A stretch of 32,000 nt of DNA from the NCBI GenBank assembly GCA_965231145.1, contig OZ246420.1, positions 420,001-452,000 on the forward strand, given 5' to 3'. The notes under the pieces are model-generated. The model saw only the letters and a list, made by a program, of their open reading frames with translations, made no database searches and was not told where the DNA came from. The position numbers and the translations under genes were made by a program. Source of the DNA: Candidatus Saccharimonadota bacterium. GTDB taxonomy: Bacteria; Patescibacteriota; Gracilibacteria; Absconditabacterales; Absconditicoccaceae. Every line of letters starts with the position of its first letter. Position 1 is the first letter of the stretch. Positions 21,693-30,237 of this stretch are shown here, one piece after another.

Positions 21693-21941
21693 ATGTGAGA
21701 GACTAACTTACTAGCTAAATGGCAGTTCGATGGTCGATTTTTGAAAGTTCGAATCTGATGTTTTCGTGCTTTCTTATTTTATCGCTTCCTCTTTTTTCCT
21801 TTTAAGCGTGAAACGTTAATACCGTTTTCTATTTCCATTGCAATGGAAAAAACGTTATAATTTTTTGGGAAAGTTCGACTTGATTTTTTGGGAAGATACA
21901 TTATTTTTTATTTGTTATTATCTATAGGTTGTACCTGCTCT

Positions 21942-22715
21942 ATGAGAAAAAGCTATTTCAACATTGTTGTGGAGAAACTTTCAAAAACTGTCGACAAGGT
22001 CGTAGAAATTGGGTTTATCAAAAAAATCCTCCAGCAGTGCATGGATGACGCCTATACCGACACAAAAACCTACAAACTTTTGCATCAGTTAAAAAATAAA
22101 GGATACATTGTTTCTCTCAGAAAAGACTTACTTTATGTCACGCTCCCCGACCGTCCCGCAGATCTTGCATATATTATCCAAAAGCATTATTGGTCGATCT
22201 TAAGAAAACACTGCCAGACATATGCAAACACATGACGAACTGTCACATGACTCAAAGCCCTTGAGCTACACATGATGAACTATGATGCGCCGGAGGCGGT
22301 CGATGTGCTCGACGAGAAGAAGCAGGCACAGGAGACGATCGTGGGTGACAAGAAGATTCGTTATAAAACGATGAAAGCAGAGGGAAAATCATTTTTGAAG
22401 AAAATTGTTCCGTATACCACCAAGCTCTATGTCGGAGGACATAGTTTTACTGTGACTAATGTGATATTATCTATCTTAGAAACTCTTTATAGCTTGGACG
22501 GTAGTGATGATACGTATCGCTATGAGCTGATTAAGAAAGCACTGAAGAAGTATCATAAGAGCATTGATCGGGAATGCGTAGTATTTGTCCTGCGTCAGTG
22601 AAAGTATCATACCAGTATCAACAGACTCTATAGGATCGCGCGTGGCATCGATGAGAAAATTGCACAGACGATAAAGGAGATCATCAAGAAGCACAGTTAT
22701 GATATTTCGGTATAA
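21942..22715 (+). CDS. AbiEi-like (winged-helix antitoxin/regulator-like) protein, 257 aa
   Basis: ATG 21942 to TAA 22713-22715. Three in-frame TGA at 22233, 22248 and 22599 join track ORFs 21888..22235 and 22272..22601. The N-terminal LHQLKNKGYIVSLRKDLLYV followed by T-G-RTVT-G-LKALELH resembles the AbiEi N-terminal and central pattern (recalled from memory, not searched). Confidence 0.4.
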
Positions 22716-22745
22716 AAAAACCTCCTGCTAGATACTTACAGGAGG
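22714..22745 (-). terminator. intrinsic terminator for a minus-strand small-ORF unit
   Basis: A7 run on the plus strand, then CCTCCTG-11 nt-CAGGAGG. Confidence 0.6.
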
Positions 22746-22907
22746 CACTCTTTCTCGATGATACGCAACTCATATTAACGTTTATTGTTTTTCTACGACC
22801 GGTGGCACGTAGGTGTTTATTTCATGTATAAGTGGATAAAGTTTGCTGAGTACTCTTTTAATACTTAATCTTGGTTCCATACATTTTATTTAGATGGTTA
22901 GGAATGG

Positions 22908-23042
22908 TTATGCCGCACAGCGTACTTCATTGGTATAGCCACGGCTGTTATAGCCGTATTCATATTTGCCTATGCGCTGCCAAAATGTTGGCTCATATAT
23001 CTCCGGGGATTGTTGCGGAAGAAGTAGTCCCTCAGCCTCCAT
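22908..23042 (-). CDS. possible small ORF (44 aa from the ATG; the frame is open upstream to 23159 without a start codon)
   Basis: MEAEGLLLPQQSPEIYEPTFWQRIGKYEYGYNSRGYTNEVRCAA, ending at TAA 22908. GC-richer than its surroundings. The upstream in-frame stretch ..KINFDELETAIADATCR lacks a start codon. An out-of-frame ATG at 23110 precedes an A-run. Confidence 0.2.
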   Translation of the reverse strand: MEAEGLLLPQQSPEIYEPTFWQRIGKYEYGYNSRGYTNEVRCAA

Positions 23043-23288
23043 GCGACAAGTCGCGTCTGCTATTGCTGTTTCCAGCTCATCAAAGTTGATTTTCGTTTTT
23101 TCAGTTTCATATTGTTGATTTTTGTGTTTGTGTCTGAATGAAATAGTAATGTCCTGAAGCTATAAGTCAATCGTAATTTCTATAGCTTTCTACGCCTAAA
23201 TACATAATTATCATATATACCTCAAAACTTAAACCTGAAACCTCAAATCGGATTTTAGTTTTAAGCTTTTAGTTTTTAGTTATTCGAT

Positions 23289-24023
23289 ATGCGCTCAAGC
23301 TTATCACAAATAACACTATTGCAATGATACTATAAGTTCTTATCGCTTGCGATGTTCTTCGATCATCGTATAAAGACTGATGAGAGCATGCGCGTCGAAG
23401 ACGGCATACGCATGCTTACGGGTGAAGGCACAGCTTTTTCGCTCAACACCACTATGATAAAAAAGCTGCTCGCAGATATCCATAAGCACCCGGATAAGAA
23501 AAATATCTTTGGTTATCTGGCAACGATCAGTGGATTGAGATGAATCTTTTCTTGCATGAAGGACTTTATGCAGCAGGATCATCACTTTGAAAAGTTCCTG
23601 AAAGATCTGCTTGGCGAGCAATTTTCAGCATTTCAGAGGATCATTTTCTTTTGCCGCAATGTGCTTTCGCATCATATCACCGCAGATATTGTGCTGACCA
23701 AAGATGACTATGAGAAGCAGATGCTCATGCTGCAGCATGTAAAGACATTGGCATTTGATATGAACTATAAAGACGTCTTTGGTGCTGTGCGAAAAGGCAA
23801 AGAAAACTATGGGTTTGCAATACATATAGATACGGCTTCGATCCGTGAAGGACAAAAATACGCTGATATTATCCCATGGCACGAACAGCGAATGTTGGCT
23901 GAATTATGCTATAATTTCTCTGAGTACTATAAAGCAAAGAAAATCAGTAAAGCAGCGAAAGTGTCTGCACCGGTGAAACCAAGACAACCTCGCATGCCGA
24001 AAAAGAATAAACATGGAGTGTAA
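23289..24023 (+). CDS. hypothetical protein with an Rx4H (HEPN-like) motif, 244 aa
   Basis: ATG 23289 to TAA 24021-24023. In-frame TGA at 23325 and 23541 join track ORFs 23352..23543 and 23556..24023. Contains QRIIFFCRNVLSHHI (R-N-x-x-x-H) in a sequence that looks helical. Lys-rich C-terminal tail. Confidence 0.4.
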
Positions 24024-24033
24024 TACGCATATA

Positions 24034-24105
24034 GCATATAGCAGTTGGCAGATAGTAGATAACATTTGTTGCTATTTGCTAGCTGCTACTTGCAATATGC
24101 TTTTT
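24034..24105 (+). terminator. family-2 word-like palindrome acting as an intrinsic terminator
   Basis: GCATATAGCAGTTGGCAGATAGTAGATAAC pairs with GCTATTTGCTAGCTGCTACTTGCAATATGC at about 21/30 positions, followed by a T5 run. It lies 10 nt after the stop at 24023. Confidence 0.55.
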
Positions 24106-24127
24106 ATGATGTGTAAGAAATACGTGT

Positions 24128-24988
24128 ATGAACTATTATCATGAGCCCGTTCGATTGGTTGAACCCGTTGGAAATAATGCTATTGCCTATGACGACAGAA
24201 TGGCTTTGGGCTCTCAGTGAAAACTCTTTATTCCTCAGCTGGTTACATGAACGTTGGATGATCTCGCTTTGTGAGATGAGATTGTTTTTGAGGAAGTCGA
24301 AAATGGAAAACTTATCTCGTGTAAGGGTCTACAATCATTACTCAAAATAGTACATAACTGAAAAGCCATTTACATCACAGACAATCATAATCACGCGTTA
24401 TACTTCCGGTACGACGCGCTCCACAACGGGCTTATTCAACCTGGAGCTATGCTCCTGCATATCGATCAGCATGCAGATTTTAATGAACCAAACTTTTATT
24501 TAAACTGAGAGAGCAAAGAGCTGAGAGCAGAGTGAAATACGGAAAAAATATTCAATAGAGAGGAAATGAGAAAAAGAGAAAATGAGGAAGCGTTGACTAG
24601 TGACCAGTGACTAGCAGCTAGTGACGATTATGACTTATGAGTTATTGCTGAATACGTGAATACACAAACACAGATAGCTTCTTTCATTAAGCCAGCATTA
24701 CACTCAGGACTTATTGGCGATTGCATTCAAATCAGAAGTGAGGCTAAGCTTCAGGAGATAATCCACAATAATATTATTGAGAATTGAGCCTTGAGAATTG
24801 GGAATAGTATTGTAGATATCGACATTGATTTCTTCGCTCATGAAACAGATGTGACTCATAAGATGTCACTTCTTCGCCAGCTCCTCTCCTCTGCCTCAGT
24901 GGCGACTATTGCCACGTCGCCTTATTTTATCGATCAGCAAAGAGCAATCGAGCTTGTTCGTGAGTTGTTACAAGAGAGTGAAAAATAA
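24128..24988 (+). CDS. UPF0489-like protein (arginase/deacetylase-fold superfamily candidate), 286 aa
   Basis: ATG 24128 to TAA 24986-24988. Nine in-frame TGA at 24218, 24245, 24269, 24359, 24506, 24533, 24608, 24638 and 24785. Motifs K-AIYITDNHNHALYF, LLHIDQHADFNEP, VDIDIDFF and IATSPYFID. Confidence 0.5.
24503..24640 (+). repeat. in-frame low-complexity word-repeat insertion in the UPF0489-like CDS (family 2)
   Basis: Encodes N-G-ESKELRAE-G-NTEKIFNREEMRKRENEEALTSDQ-G-LAASDDYDL-G. The core 24584-24625 is 32/42 identical to a segment inside rsmH (29908-29949, reverse complement) and sits in the same reading frame. Confidence 0.55.
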
Positions 24989-25008
24989 GGATAATTTTAT
25001 ATCTGAGA

Positions 25009-25036
25009 TTGACAAATAATATAAATTGATTACCAT
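25009..25036 (+). promoter_or_regulatory. sigma-70-type promoter TTGACA-N16-TACCAT
   Basis: Ends 32 nt upstream of ATG 25068. Confidence 0.5.
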
Positions 25037-25067
25037 TTTTGGATCACAAACTAAAAACAAACCCCAT

Positions 25068-25334
25068 ATGAAATCAAATCATTATTCTAATCACAACAGG
25101 TGCTATAAAGGCGACAGTCGTTCTTCCGGTGGTAATGTCATTTGCATAGCTTCTCTTGCAGATGATGGCAAGAAATTTGTAAATCATAAAGCTCTACAAA
25201 AAGCTGCAAAACTGATAAAAAAAGGTGGTGCAGGTACAGCTCAGCGACCGAAGTTGCCCTCTATCACCGGAGAAATAAGTGATGCCTTTCATGAACTAGG
25301 CAAAGGCAGAAATACCGCTCTCCATCGTATTTGA
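25068..25334 (+). CDS. small basic hypothetical protein (88 aa if translation ends at TGA 25332)
   Basis: MKSNHYSNHNRCYKGD...GKGRNTALHRI. The frame reaches TGA 25332-25334 and is followed 24 nt later by a strong terminator. Under strict code 25 it stays open to TAA 25800. Confidence 0.45.
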   Translation: MKSNHYSNHNRCYKGDSRSSGGNVICIASLADDGKKFVNHKALQKAAKLIKKGGAGTAQRPKLPSITGEISDAFHELGKGRNTALHRI

Positions 25335-25358
25335 ACTTATTTTTATCACTTTTCAAAG

Positions 25359-25389
25359 GTACGACCGTTATCATGGTCGTACTTTTTTT
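25359..25389 (+). terminator. strong intrinsic terminator
   Basis: 8-bp stem GTACGACC / GGTCGTAC with an 8-nt loop and a T7 run. Confidence 0.75.
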
Positions 25390-25390
25390 A

Positions 25391-25418
25391 TTGACAAACA
25401 GCTTTGTATGCATACAAT
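25391..25418 (+). promoter_or_regulatory. sigma-70-type promoter TTGACA-N16-TACAAT
   Basis: Lies immediately after the terminator and ends 28 nt upstream of ATG 25446. Confidence 0.6.
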
Positions 25419-25445
25419 TTCCCCTACACCATTAAATTCATAGGT

Positions 25446-25802
25446 ATGGCAAAGAAACATTATTTATGTAAAAAAAAGAATGAATTTAAGCCAATCACAT
25501 TGTCGCCCGGTGTTGAAAAAGCACTCCGTGACAAAAAAATAAGGCTTGAACAAAAAGAATTGGGGCAAAAACAACAGCGCCAACCTGGTCCAGAGCCAAG
25601 AGGCATGCTCCCTGGTTATAGCTGTAAAAAAGTGGAGAGAATATTGGCTGGAGAGCTGACATTTGAAAAAGGATTAAAGGCCGCGGAGCCATTAATCCTT
25701 CCTAATCCTACCCTTGTATTCTCTCGGTTGCAAGTAAGCAGACATGGGCGACCATTGCACTCACGTGCCGTTAAAGTTGCCTCATTTACCCTTATGGCTT
25801 AA
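25446..25802 (+). CDS. small basic hypothetical protein (118 aa)
   Basis: MAKKHYLCKKKNEFKPITL.... TAA at 25800-25802. GC-richer than average. T-run terminator region downstream. Confidence 0.5.
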   Translation: MAKKHYLCKKKNEFKPITLSPGVEKALRDKKIRLEQKELGQKQQRQPGPEPRGMLPGYSCKKVERILAGELTFEKGLKAAEPLILPNPTLVFSRLQVSRHGRPLHSRAVKVASFTLMA

Positions 25803-25872
25803 AAGCCCATTAAGAGCGATCGGAACCCCGAGAGCTCTTTTTTTATAGAAAAAGGGTCTTTTTGCTCTATTT

Positions 25873-25901
25873 TTGCATTTTACAGCCAATCTGGTTATAA
25901 T
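25873..25901 (+). promoter_or_regulatory. sigma-70-type promoter TTGCAT-N17-TATAAT
   Basis: Upstream of the lipase gene starts at 25935 and 25953. Confidence 0.45.
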
Positions 25902-25952
25902 AAGATATATATAATTTATGATTTTTCTTCCGGAATGGGTTTTACATCTGTT

Positions 25953-26792
25953 ATGAAAAAAGTGTGAGCTGCGCTTGGTATCTCTTCGGTGGAAGAGGTC
26001 GAAGCAACAAGAAAGGCTGCAAATGAGAAGCCGCTTATTTCTGGTAAAGAAAATGAGGTGCTGAAGGAGACAAAAAGCTATTTTTCCAAGGATTATATGG
26101 ATAAACAGTGGACCACAGTAAAAAATGGATTTGCATCAGTTTTCAATAAAGTTTTTGATGAAGATACAATCAATCTTGATCCTCAGGACACCCCATGTGC
26201 CTATATTTCCGATAGAATTTATCTCAATCCTTTCGAGCGCCCAAGACATATCTTTGGGTATGAACTCGACGAAAAGTATAACGATATTGAGTCTGCGCTT
26301 TATGTAAATCATACCAATAAGACCTGGATCCTTGGATATAGAGGAACAGAAATCACGGAAGTAAAAGATTATATGAGCGATTTGCATATCCTTTTTGGTA
26401 CGCAGGCATGGAATACAAGATTTAACGCCTCTGTTCAAAGTTATGAAAATGCGAAAAAGGTATATCCTGACTATCATTCGGTAGTAACCGGTCATTCACT
26501 CGGTGGAACCATTGCGTATTTTATTGCCCAAAAGTTTAATCCGGATCGTTGTGTCGCTTTCAACCCTGGATCAAGCGCAAACCCAACCTTTGCGCAGCTC
26601 ATCGCTGATACACACAATCAAAAGCCATGGACAAGACATGTTTTTACATATCGTATGTCTCGTGACCCTATTTCATCTTTGAGTGTTATCGGTTATACAA
26701 GAAGCTTCCGTACTCGTAAGTTGAGTCCGATAGCTCTTCATCGTGTTGCAAATTTCTGTACGATCAAGGATGTAAGTAAGGACGTTTACTAG
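25953..26792 (+). CDS. class-3 (GxSxG) lipase-like alpha/beta hydrolase, 279 aa
   Basis: Nucleophile elbow VTGHSLGGTIAYFIAQ. Start at ATG 25953 (MKKV-G-AALGISSVEEV, with one TGA at 25965) or ATG 25935. The track start at GTG 25989 is possible only under a standard reading. TAG at 26790-26792. Confidence 0.7.
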
Positions 26793-26805
26793 TTTCTAAA
26801 TGTTA

Positions 26806-26833
26806 TTGAAAAAGGGAAATGTATGGCTACAAT
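26806..26833 (+). promoter_or_regulatory. sigma-70-type promoter TTGAAA-N16-TACAAT
   Basis: Overlaps the track ORF start at 26819, which favours ATG 26855. Confidence 0.5.
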
Positions 26834-26854
26834 ACGGCTCTAAACATATTTCTT

Positions 26855-27409
26855 ATGAGTATAACCAACAAAAAACAGCACCCCTTTGATAAGAGGTATG
26901 GGAATACTCATATAGAAAATATATGTTTACTCCTTCTTCTTATTGCCATCGATCTGTTCATCTTTAGTCGTGAACATTTGCGAGCGTCAGCAGGATGGAC
27001 TTTTATGTGCATCATAGTGATGTATGTATTTATCCTTGTTCGCCCTGCTCTACTACGTCTCTCAGTATTCTCAAACATGGGAATGCGAATAAAAAAAATA
27101 AAACTTTTCCTCAAGGCTCAATTCTTTCAACTTGGGAAAGTTGCTATCACCCAACCCCCCTTCTATAGGTATTCGATTGTATTTGCAGGAATTATCGTAG
27201 GAGGATTATTCAATTATCTTGGTATAGATAACATGCAACAGGAAGATACAAGGTACGTGATCGTTCCATGTACGGTTGGCTCTCTCTTATTTGTGTTATT
27301 TACTGTTATTCCTCTTATAGGGATATATCTCTATACAAAGAGACGTAAGAAAAGATTATTAGCCTGACCGTTCTGGTTAGGCTTTTTTTTATGCGGTAAA
27401 TATGTATAA
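26855..27409 (+). CDS. multi-pass membrane protein (170 aa to TGA 27365; 184 aa to TAA 27407)
   Basis: MSITNKKQHPFDKRYG..., about 4 hydrophobic helices, basic tail TKRRKKRLLA. TGA 27365-27367 lies in the 5' arm of the terminator stem. Under code 25 the frame extends as -G-PFWLGFFLCGKYV to TAA. Confidence 0.55.
27361..27390 (+). terminator. intrinsic terminator
   Basis: 9-bp stem AGCCTGACC / GGTTAGGCT (one G-T pair), loop GTTCT, T8 run. Confidence 0.7.
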
Positions 27410-27432
27410 TTAGCGGTTGAGAAAAATCTTCC

Positions 27433-27482
27433 GTCCACATTTTAGAGTGGACACCTCCTTTGCAAAAGGAGGCTTCTATTGA
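27433..27482 (+). repeat. twin-hairpin element, copy 1 (5' of the dus-type gene)
   Basis: GTCCAC-ATTTTAGA-GTGGAC, then CCTCCTTT-GCA-AAAGGAGG, then CTTCTATTGA. Confidence 0.7.
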
Positions 27483-27492
27483 TTATAATAAG

Positions 27493-28578
27493 ATGATACG
27501 AGGTTTAGCCCCTATGGATGGAATAACAAACGCTTCTTACCGCATCGTCGTGAAGCGTATTTTTGACAAATATGCAAATCCTCACCCTCATATAGCTGAG
27601 GGAGCTCCTTTACAAAAGGAGCCTTCTATTGACGCCTTACGAATGCGAACTGAGTTCATGAATGCAGAAGGCTATGTGCGCCAGCCACAGCGTTTGGTGC
27701 ATCATATCATGAGAACAGAATTTGAGAACCAAACGATAGCGCAGATCTACTGAGGAGATCATGAAGATTTGATACAGACAGCGAAAGATATTGTTGCAAA
27801 GTATCCTGGCTTTGCTGGTATTGAACTGAATATTTGATGCCCATCACCGAAGGTGATGTCGTGCGGTGGTGGGGCTGGTATGATGAGAGATAAAGCCAAA
27901 ACGCTCGAGTTGATCGAGCGTTTGAGAGATGCTGTCTACCCAATCCCATTTAGTATAAAGACGCGTGCAGGATTGACCGATGATGATAAGGCTGCACAGA
28001 AAGAGTTTATCGTGGCTGCGGCGAAGTTTTGTAGGACGATTACGATCCATGGAAGAACATATAAGCAGTGACACTCAGGAAGTGTCGATCGGGAGTACTT
28101 GTATGATGTGAAAAATCGCGTAGGTGACTCCTGTCTTATCATCGGTAATGGAGGCGTGAAATCATATGAGGATGCACTGACAAAGAAAGGGAACCTCGAT
28201 GGTGTTATGATAGGACAAGCTGCGATTGCGGATCCATGGATATTTATTGGTCATACGCCTACTCTGGCAGAACGTCATGAAACGATACTCTTTCATCTGA
28301 AACTGATGATTATTGCGTATGATTACTACAATAAAAATCTGCATTTCACAGAAATATTTCAACAGCCGTCATATGAACAGTGGATGAAAGAAGTTGAAGA
28401 GTTTGATGTGACGCGTTATGATATAGGAAAGTCAGTGATTGAGTTTAGAAAATATCTGTTCAACTACGTCAATGGTCTTGTCGGTAACAGAGATTTCAAA
28501 AATGTGGTTGCGACAATTAGAGAGTATGAACCGTTGGTTGAAGCGATAAATACGTTCTTTAGCTGATTTGAACAATAG
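27493..28578 (+). CDS. tRNA-dihydrouridine synthase (Dus family), 361 aa
   Basis: ATG 27493 to TAG 28576-28578. In-frame TGA at 27751, 27835, 28069 and 28564 join track ORFs 27460..27753, 27853..28071 and 28099..28566. Motifs: LAPMDGITNASYR, QIY-G-GD, GIELNI-G-CPSPKV (the Dus xxN.GCP motif, Gly = TGA), and HGRTYKQ-G-HSG. Confidence 0.85.
27585..27632 (+). repeat. twin-hairpin element, copy 2 (in frame inside the dus-type CDS)
   Basis: CCCTCA-TATAGC-TGAGGG, then GCTCCTTT-ACA-AAAGGAGC, then the identical CTTCTATTGA. Both stems keep their pairing through compensatory changes relative to copy 1. Encodes ..PHIAEGAPLQKEPSID. Confidence 0.7.
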
Positions 28579-28581
28579 AAA

Positions 28582-28604
28582 AAGGCCCCGTCATAGTGGG
28601 CCTT
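28582..28604. terminator. bidirectional intrinsic terminator between the dus-type gene and the ftsL-like gene
   Basis: AAGGCCC-9 nt-GGGCCTT, flanked by A-rich and T-rich runs. Confidence 0.6.
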
Positions 28605-28619
28605 TTCTTATGGGATATA

Positions 28620-29003
28620 TTAATTCTCTAAGCGCTCTCCCGTATAAGAAACTTTCATGATGATCTTATCGAGCGTGAAATTGTGGGTATCTCTTTCACT
28701 GTCGAGATACTTGTTACCGCTCATCACATACTCCCATACTCTTTTTTGTTCTTCCGTGTTTTTTATTGCAATCAAGCTATATTCAAACTCGATCTTATCG
28801 AGGTCTTTTTGTTGTTGTCTTAAGAAAAATCCTAGTGTCGACCCCTGGTTTACGAAGTAGATATAGACACCAATAAAAAATAGTACCAATCCTCCAATGG
28901 CTCATACTTTTATGTATTCAACTAGTTTCTTATTTGCCCTGAGTCTTTTCTGGAGCTTCAAATACTCTCTTGCGACTGACTTGGCTATGGGTAACTTATT
29001 CAT
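28620..29003 (-). CDS. FtsL-like single-pass cell-division protein candidate (127 aa)
   Basis: ATG 29003 to TAA 28620, with one TGA at 28902. Basic N-terminus, one TM helix (LVLFFIGVYIYFV), coiled C-terminus. Its position directly downstream of rsmH matches dcw clusters. Assignment rests on synteny and architecture only. Confidence 0.45.
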
Positions 29004-29127
29004 TAACTAAGTTTATAAAGTTCGTAAAGTCGAAAGTATAAACTACATATACGGTTTCAAAAGTTTCTTTCAATCTCCTTTACTATTTATAATTGACATC
29101 CTCTTTAATTTGTAATTCGTTATTATT

Positions 29128-30105
29128 TTATGCTACCCTCTCAATGATCCTAAACTTTGCACTTCTTGCTGCTCTATTACTCTTTACCTCGAGGTAATGC
29201 GGAGCGATAACCTTTTTATTGTAGAGGACAAACGAAGGGTTTTCATCAATTATTTTCTTGAAAGCGAGCTTTACGATGCGGTCTTCGATGCTATGATATG
29301 TCATGATAGCGCATCTTCATCATACATTGAGTGCAGCGGGAAATTTCTCCAGAAATGTGATAAGCTCTCCCAGCTCATTATTAGTCTCTATTCTTAAGCA
29401 CTGAAAGACTACGGCCATCTGCTCTTTTCTAATGCCTTTATTTCTCAGTGTGTTATTGAGCTCATGTGTGGTTTCGATCTTCTTCTCCGCTCTTTTTTCG
29501 ATGATAGCATCTGCCATATACAGCCCACTTGTCGGCGCAAAATCACCGTAGGTGGTGAACATCGTTGCAAGCTTTTCACGAGAGTATGTATTTACCACAT
29601 CTGCTGCACTCTGCCCACTACTCTGGTCAAAACGCATATCCAGTGGCGCGTCGTACAGAAATGAAAACCCACGGTCAGGATCTTTAAAATGTTCCATATT
29701 TACTCCAATATCCAGTAGGATATAATCAGCTCATGCTATCCCCTCTTTTTTCAAAATCTCATCAATATTTTTATAACTATCACGTACAAATCTTATATTC
29801 GCATGGTACTTTTCTACTAGCGCTTTGCCTTTTTCGAGCATCTTTTCATCGCGATCTATGGCTATTATCCTAACTGATGGATCATATGTCATAGCTCATC
29901 ATATATTGTCGCTAGCTGCTAGCTGCTCGCTGCTAGTCAATGATTCCTCCGAATTTAATTGTGCTTTGTGAATTGTACTTTGTAAATTGTTAAGTATGTA
30001 CTCGACATGTCCTCCATGCCCAAAAGTACCGTCGACATATACTTTTCGGTCGACAGGCATAGAAGCAAGAGTCTCTTTCGCCATAACTGGCTGGTGACGT
30101 AACAT
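29128..30105 (-). CDS. rsmH: 16S rRNA (cytosine1402-N4)-methyltransferase RsmH/MraW, 325 aa
   Basis: ATG 30105 to TAA 29128. In-frame TGA at 29899, 29731, 29320 and 29317. Motifs: VDGTFGHGGH, IIAIDRD, LLDIGVN..FKDPDRGFSF, and LNV-G-G-RCAIMTYHSIEDRIVK, where the conserved GGR glycines are a tandem TGA-TGA. Confidence 0.85.
29902..29991 (-). repeat. in-frame low-complexity word-repeat insertion in rsmH (family 2)
   Basis: Encodes NNLQSTIHKAQLNSEESLTSSEQLAASDNI between the GHGGH motif and the AIDRD strand, where E. coli RsmH has only about 6 residues. The DNA is built from about 14-nt near-repeats (TACAAAGTACAATT/CACAAAGCACAATT) and GCTAGCAGC words. Confidence 0.55.
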
Positions 30106-30139
30106 AAGGCTAACTAACTTATAAAGTTGTAGAGCAATT

Positions 30140-30181
30140 GGCAGCTAGCAGTTAGCATATCCCCTGCTAGTTGCTACCTGC
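30140..30181. repeat. family-2 word-like palindrome upstream of rsmH
   Basis: GCAGCTAGCAGTTAGCA - TATCCCC - TGCTAGTTGCTACCTGC, pairing at 14/17. The flanking TGGCAG / CTGCCA can extend the stem. Confidence 0.55.
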
Positions 30182-30237
30182 TATAATCTACCTGCCATAT
30201 TAGTGAAATAAGGCTCAAAAACCACTATAAGTTACAA

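Noticed and set aside
21733-21885. GAAAGTTCGAATCTGAT and GAAAGTTCGACTTGAT motifs that resemble tRNA T-arm sequence (GTTCGAATC).
   Set aside because: No complementary T-stem, acceptor stem or anticodon arm can be drawn around them, so they are not tRNA genes. No tRNA or rRNA was found anywhere in the window.
25026-25802. A single fused 258-codon ORF obtained by strict code-25 read-through of TGA 25332 and TGA 25389.
   Set aside because: Not adopted as the primary call. The frame would cross a strong intrinsic terminator and a consensus promoter, and the second part has its own well-placed ATG at 25446. It is kept as an open question in the findings.
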